Shown piece by piece: positions 54,301-64,000 of a stretch of 64,000 bases of DNA (position 1 is the first letter of the stretch; each line of letters starts with the position of its first letter). This DNA comes from Eledone cirrhosa (lineage: Eukaryota). Under the pieces are notes generated by a model, which saw nothing but the letters and a program-made list of their open reading frames with translations, did not search any database and had not been told where the DNA came from. Both the position numbers and the translations under genes were made by a program. The stretch is taken from positions 66,898,001 to 66,962,000 of the forward strand of contig OZ024743.1 of the NCBI GenBank assembly GCA_964016885.1, written 5' to 3'.

Positions 54301-57300
54301 ACATCACAACACTAGTGAGGTATTACTGTAGATGTGGTGTGTTATACCACAACAGAGAGTATTACTGCAGATGTGGTGTATTATATCATATCAATAGAGA
54401 GGTATTACTGTAGATGTGGTGTGTTATACCACAATAGAGATATATTATTGTAGTTGTGGTGTGTTATATCACATCACTAGAGAGGTATTACTGTAGATGT
54501 AGTGTTATATCACAACACTAGAGAGGTATTACTGTAGATGTGGTGTGTTATATCACAACAATAGAGAGGTATTACTGTAGATGTGTTGTATTATACCACA
54601 ATAGAGAGGTATTACTGTAATTGTGGTGTGTTATATCACAACAATATAGAGGTATTACTGTAGATGCGGTGTGTTATATCACATCACTAGAGAGGTATTA
54701 CTGTAGATGTAGTGTTATATCACAACACTAGAGAGGTATTACTGTAGATGTGGTGTGTTATATCACAACAATAGAGAGGTATTACTGTAGTTGTGGTGTG
54801 CTATATCACAACACTAGAGAGGTATTACTGTAGATGCGGTGTGTTATATCACAACAATAGAGAGGTATTACTGTAGATGTGGTGTTTTATATCACATCAA
54901 TAGAGAGGTATTACTGTAGATGTAGTGTGTCATATCACAACACTAGAGAGGTATTACTGTAGATGTGGTGTGTTATATCACAACACTAGAGAGGTATTAC
55001 TATAGATGTGGTGTGTTATATCACAACAATAGAGAGGTATTACTGTAGATGTGGTGTGTTATATCACAACAATAGAGAGGTATTACTGTAGTTGTGGTGT
55101 GTTATATCACAATAGACAGGTATTACTGTAGTTGTGGTCTGTTACATCACAACAATACAGAGGTATTATTGTAGATGTGGTGTGTTATATCACAATAGAG
55201 AGGTATTACTGTAGTTGTGGTGTGTTATATAACATCAATAGAGAGGTTTTACTGTAGATCTGGTGTGTTATATTACAATAGAGAGGTATTACTGTAGTTG
55301 TGGTGTGTTATATCACAACACTAGAGAGGTATTTATGTAGGTGTTGTGTTATATCACAACAATAGAGAGGTATTACTGTAGATGTAGTGTTATATCACAA
55401 CACTAGAGAGGTATTACTGTAGATGTGTTGTGTTATACCACAATAGAGATATATTACAGTAGATGTGGTGTGTTATACCACAATAAAAATATATTACTGT
55501 AGATGTAGTGTTATATAACAACACTAGAGAGGTATTACTGCAGATGTGTTGTGTTATACCGCAATAGAGATATATTACTGTAGATGTAGTTTTATATCAC
55601 ATCAATAGAGAGGTATTACTGTAGATGTGGTGTGATATATCACATCAATAGTGAGGTATTACTGTAGTTGTGGTGTGTTATATCACATCAATAGAGATGT
55701 ATTACTGTAGTTGTGTTGTGTTATATCACATCAATAGAGAGGTATTACTGTAGTTGTGTTGTGTTATATCACATCAATAGAGAGGTATTACTGTAGATGT
55801 GGTGTGATATATCACAACAATAGAGAGGTATTAATGTAGATGTGGTGTGTTATATCACAACACTAGAGAGGTATTACTGTAGTTGTGGTGTGTTATATCA
55901 CAACAGTAGAGAGGTATTACTGTAGATGCGGTGTGTTATATCACATCAATAGACAGGTATTACTGTAGTTGTGGTGTGTTATATCACAACAATAGAGAGG
56001 TATTACTGTAGTTGTGTTGTGTTATATCACATCAATATATATGTATTACTATAGATGTTGTGTGGTATATTACATCAATAGAGAGGTATTACTGTAGATG
56101 TGGTGTGTTATATCACAACAATAGGGAGGTATTACTGTAGTTGTGGTGTGTTATATCACATCACTAGAGAGGTATTACTCCAGATGTGGTGTATTATATC
56201 ACAACACTAGGGAGGTATTACTGTAGTTGTGGTGTGTTATACCACCATAATACAGAGGTATTACTGTAGATGTGGTGTGTTATATCAAAATATAGAGGTA
56301 TTACTGTAGATGTGGTGTGTTATATCACATCACTAGAGAGGTATTACTGTAGATGTGGTGTGTTATATCACAACAATAGAGAGGTATTACTGTAGTTGTG
56401 GTGTGTTATATCACAACAATACAGAGGTATTATCGTAGATGTGGTGTGTTATATCACAATAGAGAGGTATTACTGTAGTTGTGGTGTGTTATATAACATC
56501 AATAGAGAGGTATTACTGTAGATCTGGTGTGTTATATTACAATAGAGAGGTATTACTGTAGTTGTGGCGTGTTATATCAGAACACTAGAGAGGTATTTAT
56601 GTAGGTGTTGTGTTATATCACAACAATAGAGAGGTATTACTATGGATGTAGTGTGATATCACAACACTAGAGAGGTATTGCTGTAGATGTGTTGTGTTAT
56701 ACCACAATAGAGATATATTACAGTAGATGTGGTGTGTTATACCACAATAGAAATATATTACTGTAGATGTAGTGTTATATAACAACACTAGAGAGGTATT
56801 ACTGCAGATGTTTTGTGTTATACCGCAATAGAGATATATTACTGTAGATGTAGTGTTATATCACAAAATTAGAGAGGTATTACTGTAGATGTGGTGTGTA
56901 ATATCACATCAATAGAGAGGTATTACTGTAGATGTGGTGTGACATATCACATCAATAGTGAGGTATTAATGTAGATGTGGTGTGTTATATCATAACATTC
57001 GAGAGGTATTACTGTAGTTGTGTTGTGTTATATCACATCAATATAGATGTATTAGTATAGATGTTGTGTGGTATATTACATCAATAGAGAGGTATTACTG
57101 TAGATGTGGTGTGTTATATCACAACAATAGGGAGGTATTACTGTAGTTGTGGTGTGTTATATCACATCACTAGAGAGGTATTACTCCAGATGTGGTGTGT
57201 TATATCACAACACTAGAGAGGTATTACTGTAGTTGTGGTGTGTTATACCACCACAATACAGAGGTATTACTGTAGATGTGGTGTGTTACATCACAACACT

Positions 57301-60300
57301 AGTGAGGTATTACTGTAGATGTGGTGTGTTATACCACAACAGAGAGTATTACTGCAGATGTGTTGTATTATACCACAATAGAGAGGTATTACTGTAATTG
57401 TGGTGTGTTATATCACAACAATATAGAGGTATTACTGTAGATGCGGTGTGTTATATCACATCACTAGAGAGGTATTACTGTAGATGTAGTGTTATATCAC
57501 AACACTAGAGAGGTATTACTGTAGATGTGGTGTGTTATATCACAACAATAGAGAGGTATTACTGTAGTTGTGGTGTGCTATATCACAACACTAGAGAGGT
57601 ATTACTGTAGATGCGGTGTGTTATATCACAACAATAGAGAGGTATTACTGTAGATGTGGTGTTTTATATCACATCAATAGAGAGGTATTACTGTAGATGT
57701 AGTGTGTCATATCACAACACTAGAGAGGTATTACTGTAGATGTGGTGTGTTATATCACAACACTAGAGAGGTATTACTATAGATGTGGTGTGTTATATCA
57801 CAACAATAGAGAGGTATTACTGTAGATGTGGTGTGTTATATCACAACAATAGAGAGGTATTACTGTAGTTGTGGTGTGTTATATCACAATAGACAGGTAT
57901 TACTGTAGTTGTGGTCTGTTACATCACAACAATACAGAGGTATTATTGTAGATGTGGTGTGTTATATCACAATAGAGAGGTATTACTGTAGTTGTGGTGT
58001 GTTATATAACATCAATAGAGAGGTTTTACTGTAGATCTGGTGTGTTATATTACAATAGAGAGGTATTACTGTAGTTGTGGTGTGTTATATCACAACACTA
58101 GAGAGGTATTTATGTAGGTGTTGTGTTATATCACAACAATAGAGAGGTATTACTGTAGATGTAGTGTTATATCACAACACTAGAGAGGTATTACTGTAGA
58201 TGTGTTGTGTTATACCACAATAGAGATATATTACAGTAGATGTGGTGTGTTATACCACAATAAAAATATATTACTGTAGATGTAGTGTTATATAACAACA
58301 CTAGAGAGGTATTACTGCAGATGTGTTGTGTTATACCGCAATAGAGATATATTACTGTAGATGTAGTTTTATATCACATCAATAGAGAGGTATTACTGTA
58401 GATGTGGTGTGATATATCACATCAATAGTGAGGTATTACTGTAGTTGTGGTGTGTTATATCACATCAATAGAGATGTATTACTGTAGTTGTGTTGTGTTA
58501 TATCACATCAATAGAGAGGTATTACTGTAGTTGTGTTGTGTTATATCACATCAATAGAGAGGTATTACTGTAGATGTGGTGTGATATATCACAACAATAG
58601 AGAGGTATTAATGTAGATGTGGTGTGTTATATCACAACACTAGAGAGGTATTACTGTAGATGTGGTGTGTTATATCACAACAGTAGAGAGGTATTACTGT
58701 AGATGCGGTGTGTTATATCACATCAATAGACAGGTATTACTGTAGTTGTGGTGTGTTATATAGCAACAATAGAGAGGTATTACTGTAGTTGTGTTGTGTT
58801 ATATCACATCAATATATATGTATTACTATAGATGTTGTGTGGTATATTACATCAATAGAGAGGTATTACTGTAGATGTGGTGTGTTATATCACAACAATA
58901 GGGAGGTATTACTGTAGTTGTGGTGTGTTATATCACATCACTAGAGAGGTATTACTCCAGATGTGGTGTATTATATCACAACACTAGGGAGGTATTACTG
59001 TAGTTGTGGTGTGTTATACCACCATAATACAGAGGTATTACTGTAGATGTGGTGTGTTATATCAAAATATAGAGGTATTACTGTAGATGTGGTGTGTTAT
59101 ATCACATCACTAGAGAGGTATTACTGTAGATGTGGTGTGTTATATCACAACAATAGAGAGGTATTACTGTAGTTGTGGTGTGTTATATCACAACAATACA
59201 GAGGTATTATCGTAGATGTGGTGTGTTATATCACAATAGAGAGGTATTACTGTAGTTGTGGTGTGTTATATAACATCAATAGAGAGGTATTACTGTAGAT
59301 CTGGTGTGTTATATTACAATAGAGAGGTATTACTGTAGTTGTGGCGTGTTATATCAGAACACTAGAGAGGTATTTATGTAGGTGTTGTGTTATATCACAA
59401 CAATAGAGAGGTATTACTATGGATGTAGTGTGATATCACAACACTAGAGAGGTATTGCTGTAGATGTGTTGTGTTATACCACAATAGAGATATATTACAG
59501 TAGATGTGGTGTGTTATACCACAATAGAAATATATTACTGTAGATGTAGTGTTATATAACAACACTAGAGAGGTATTACTGCAGATGTGTTGTGTTATAC
59601 CGCAATAGAGATATATTACTGTAGATGTAGTGTTATATCACAAAATTAGAGAGGTATTACTGTAGATGTGGTGTGTAATATCACATCAATAGAGAGGTAT
59701 TACTGTAGATGTGGTGTGACATATCACATCAATAGTGAGGTATTAATGTAGATGTGGTGTGTTATATCATAACACTCGAGAGGTATTACTGTAGTTGTGT
59801 TGTGTTATATCACATCAATATAGATGTATTAGTATAGATGTTGTGTGGTATATTACATCAATAGAGAGGTATTACTGTAGATGTGGTGTGTTATATCACA
59901 ACAATAGGGAGGTATTACTGTAGTTGTGGTGTGTTATATCACATCACTAGAGAGGTATTACTCCAGATGTGGTGTGTTATATCACAACACTAGAGAGGTA
60001 TTACTGTAGTTGTGGTGTGTTATACCACCACAATACAGAGGTATTACTGTAGATGTGGTGTGTTACATCACAACACTAGTGAGGTATTACTGTAGATGTG
60101 GTGTGTTATACCACAACAGAGAGTATTACTGCAGATGTGGTGTATTATATCATATCAATAGAGAGGTATTACTGTAGATGTGGTGTGTTATACCACAATA
60201 GAGATATATTATTGTAGTTGTGGTGTGTTATATCATATCACTAGAGAGGTATTACTCTAGATGTGGTGTGTTATATCACAACAATAGAGAGGTATTACTG

Positions 60301-63300
60301 TAGATGTGTTGTATTATACCACAATAGAGAGGTATTACTGTAATTGTGGTGTGTTATATCACAACAATATATAGGTATTACTGTAGATGCGGTGTGTTAT
60401 ATCACATCACTAGAGAGGTATTACTGTAGATGTAGTGTTATATCACAACACTAGAGAGGTATTACTGTAGATGTGGTGTGTTATATCACAAGAATAGAGA
60501 GGTATTACTGTAGTTGTGGTGTGCTATATCACAACACTAGAGAGGTATTACTGTAGATGCGGTGTGTTATATCACAACAACAGAGAGGTATTACTGTAGA
60601 TGTGGTGTTTTATATCACATCAATAGAGAGGTATTACTGTAGATGTAGTGTGTCATATCACAACACTAGAGAGGTATTACTGTAGATGTGGTGTGTTATA
60701 TCACAACACTAGAGAGGTATTACTATAGATGTGGTGTGTTATATCACAACAATAGAGAGGTATTACTGTAGATGTGGTGTGTTATATCACAACAATAGAG
60801 AGGTATTACTGTAGTTGTGGTGTGCTATATCACAACACTAGTGAGGTATTACTGTAGATGTGGTGTGTTATACCACAACAGAGAGTATTACTGCAGATGT
60901 GGTGTATTATATCATATCAATAGAGAGGTATTACTGTAGTTGCGTTGTGTTATATCACAATAGAGAGTTATTACTGTAGTTGTATTGTGTTATATCACAA
61001 CAGTAGAGAGGTATTACTGTAGTTGTGGTGTGTTATATCACAACAATAGAGAGGTATTACTGTAGTTGCGGTGTGTTATATCACAATAGAGAGGTATTAC
61101 TGTAGTTGCGGTGTGTTATATCACAATAGAGATATATTACTGTAGTTGTGGTGTGTTATACCACATCAATAGGGATGTATTACTGCAGTTGTGGTGTGTT
61201 ATATCACATCACTAGAGAGGTATTACTCCAGATGTGGTGTGTTATACCACAACAATAGAGAGGTATTTCTGTAGATGTGTGTGTGTTATATCACAATGGA
61301 GAGGTATTACTGTAGTTGCGGTGTGTTATATCACAATAGAGATATATTACTGTAGATGTGGTGTGTTATATCACAATAGAGAGGTATTACTGTAGTTGTG
61401 GTGTGTTATATCACAACAATAGAGAGGAATAACTGTAGTTGTGGTGTGTTATATCAAAATAGAGAGGTATTACTGTAGATGTGGTGTGTTATACCACAAT
61501 AGAGAGGTATTACTGTAGATGTGGTGTGTTATATCACATCACTAGAGAGGTATTACTGTAGATGTGGTGTGTTATATCACAACAATAGAGAGGTATTACT
61601 GTAGTTGTGGTGTGTTATATCACAATAGACAGGTATTACTGTAGTTGTGGTCTGTTACATCACAACAATACAGAGGTATTATTGTAGATGTGGTGTGTTA
61701 TATCACAATAGAGAGGTATTACTGTAGTTGTGGTGTGTTATATAACATCAATAGAGAGGTTTTACTGTAGATCTGGTGTGTTATATTACAATAGAGAGGT
61801 ATTACTGTAGTTGTGGTGTGTTATATCACAACACTAGAGAGGTATTTATGTAGGTGTTGTGTTATATCACAACAATAGAGAGGTATTACTGTAGATGTAG
61901 TGTTATATCACAACACTAGAGAGGTATTACTGTAGATGTGTTGTGTTATACCACAATAGAGATATATTACAGTAGATGTGGTGTGTTATACCACAATAGA
62001 AATATATTACTGTAGATGTAGTGTTATATAACAACACTAGAGAGGTATTACTGCAGATGTGTTGTGTTATACCGCAATAGAGATATATTACTGTAGATGT
62101 AGTGTAATATCACATCAATAGAGAGGTATTACTGTAGATGTGGTGTGATATATCACATCAATAGTGAGGTATTACTGTAGTTGTGGTGTGTTATATCACA
62201 TCAATAGAGATGTATTACTGTAGTTGTGTTGTGTTATATCACATCAATAGAGATGTATTACTGTAGTTGTGTTGTGTTATATCACATCAATAGAGAGGTA
62301 TTACTGTAGATGTGGTGTGATATATCACAACAATAGAGAGGTATTAATGTAGATGTGGTGTGTTATATCACAACACTAGAGAGGTATTACTGTAGTTGTG
62401 GTGTGTTATACCACCATAATACAGAGGTATTACTGTAGATGTGGTGTGTTATATCACAACACTAGTGAGGTATTACTGTAGATGTGGTGTGTTATACCAC
62501 AACAGAGAGGTATTACTGAAGATGTGGTGTATTATATCATATCAATAGAGAGGTATTACTGTAGATGTGGTGTGTTATACCACAATAGAGATATATTATT
62601 GTAGTTGTGGTGTGTTATATCACATCACTAGAGAGGTATTACTGTAGATGTGGTGTGTTATATCACAACAATAAAGAGGTATTACTATAGATGTAGTGTT
62701 ATATCACAACACTAGAGAGGTATTACTGTAGATGTGTTGTGTTATACCACAATAGAGAGGTATTACTGTAATTGTGATGTGTTATATCACAACAATATAG
62801 AAGTATTACTGTAGATGCGGTTTGTTATATCACATCACTAGAGAGGTATTACTGTAGATGTAGTGTTATATCACAACACTAGAGAGGTATTACTGTAAAT
62901 GTGGTGTGTTATATCACAACAATAGAGAGGTATTACTGTAGATGTGTTGTGTTATACCACAATAGAGAGGTATTACTGTAATTGTGGTGTGTTATATCAC
63001 AACAATAGAGAGGTATTACTGTAGATGTGGTGTGTTATTTTATAATAGAGGGGTATTACTGTAGATGTGGTGTGTTATATCACAACACTACAGATGTATT
63101 TCTGTAGATGTGGTGTGTTATATCAAAAAACTAGAGAGGTATTACTGTAGATGTGGTGTGTTATATCACAACAATAGAGAGGTATCACTGTAGTTGTGGT
63201 GTGTTATATCACAACAATAGAGAGGTATTACTGTAGATGTGGTGTGTTATGCCACAACAATAGAGAGGTATTACTGTAGATGTGGTGTGTCATATCACAT

Positions 63301-64000
63301 CAATAGAGAGGTATTACTGTAGTTGTGGTGTGTTATATCACAATAGAGAGGTATTACTGTAATTGTGGTGTGTTATATCACAACAATATAGAGGTATTAC
63401 TGTAGATGCGGTGTGTTATATCACATCACTAGAGAGGTATTACTGTAGATGTAGTGTTATATCACAACACTAGAGAGGTATTACTGTAGATGTGGTGTGT
63501 TATATCACAACAATAGAGAGGTATTACTGTAGTTGTGGTGTGCTATATCACAACACTAGAGAGGTATTACTGTAGATGCGGTGTGTTATATCACAACAAT
63601 AGAGAGGTATTACTGTAGATGTGGTGTTTTATATCACATCAATAGAGAGGTATTACTGTAGATGGGGTGTGTCATATCACAACACTAGAGAGGTATTACT
63701 GTAGATGTGGTGTGTTATATCACAACACTAGAGAGGTATTACTATAGATGTGGTGTGTTATATCACAACAATAGAGAGGTATTACTGTAGTTGCGTTGTG
63801 TTATATCACAATAGAGAGTTATTACTGTAGTTGTGTTGTGTTATCTCACAACAATAGAGAGTTATTACTGTAGTTGTGTTGTGTTATATTACAACACTAG
63901 AGAGGTATTACTGTAGATGCGGTGTGTTATATCACAATAGAGAGGTATTACTGTAGTTGCGGTGTGTTATATCACAATAGAGATATATTACTGTAGTTGT
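39325..64000. repeat. Satellite DNA, 40/43-bp monomer, ~24.7 kb (roughly 590 copies), continuing past the window end
   Basis: Consensus (a/c)tagagaggtattactgtag(a/t)tgtggtgtgttata(t/c)caca(aca/tca/-). Confidence 0.98.

Noticed and set aside
39325-64000. CRISPR-like array
   Set aside because: Monomers are contiguous with no unique spacers, no cas genes are present, and the context is eukaryotic.

Overview
Repeat-rich animal (eukaryotic) intergenic or heterochromatic DNA; the SINE family and microsatellite load suggest a cephalopod such as octopus, which is an inference. No intact host gene is supportable. About 0.9-4.6 kb is a decayed L1/Tx1-clade LINE ORF2 (APE endonuclease, RT, C-terminal zinc finger). 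About 6.1-7.8 kb is a decayed Penelope-like element with an apparent 5' inversion, interrupted by the 3' end of a CRE-like retrotransposon. At 7.9-9.2 kb there are small non-coding inserts in (TA)n tracts. One of them is an 822-bp element with 117-bp terminal direct repeats that carries all hammerhead-ribozyme core motifs in a non-canonical strand order, and its 5' end falls exactly on the predicted cleavage site; this retrozyme-like element is the best candidate for a novel system. The rest comprises about 15 copies or fragments of a tRNA-derived SINE, RTE and Penelope 3' fragments, a hAT-type MITE, many micro- and minisatellites, and a ~24.7-kb 40/43-bp satellite with kb-scale higher-order repeats running off the window end. 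All family calls come from motif recognition by eye, not database searches.
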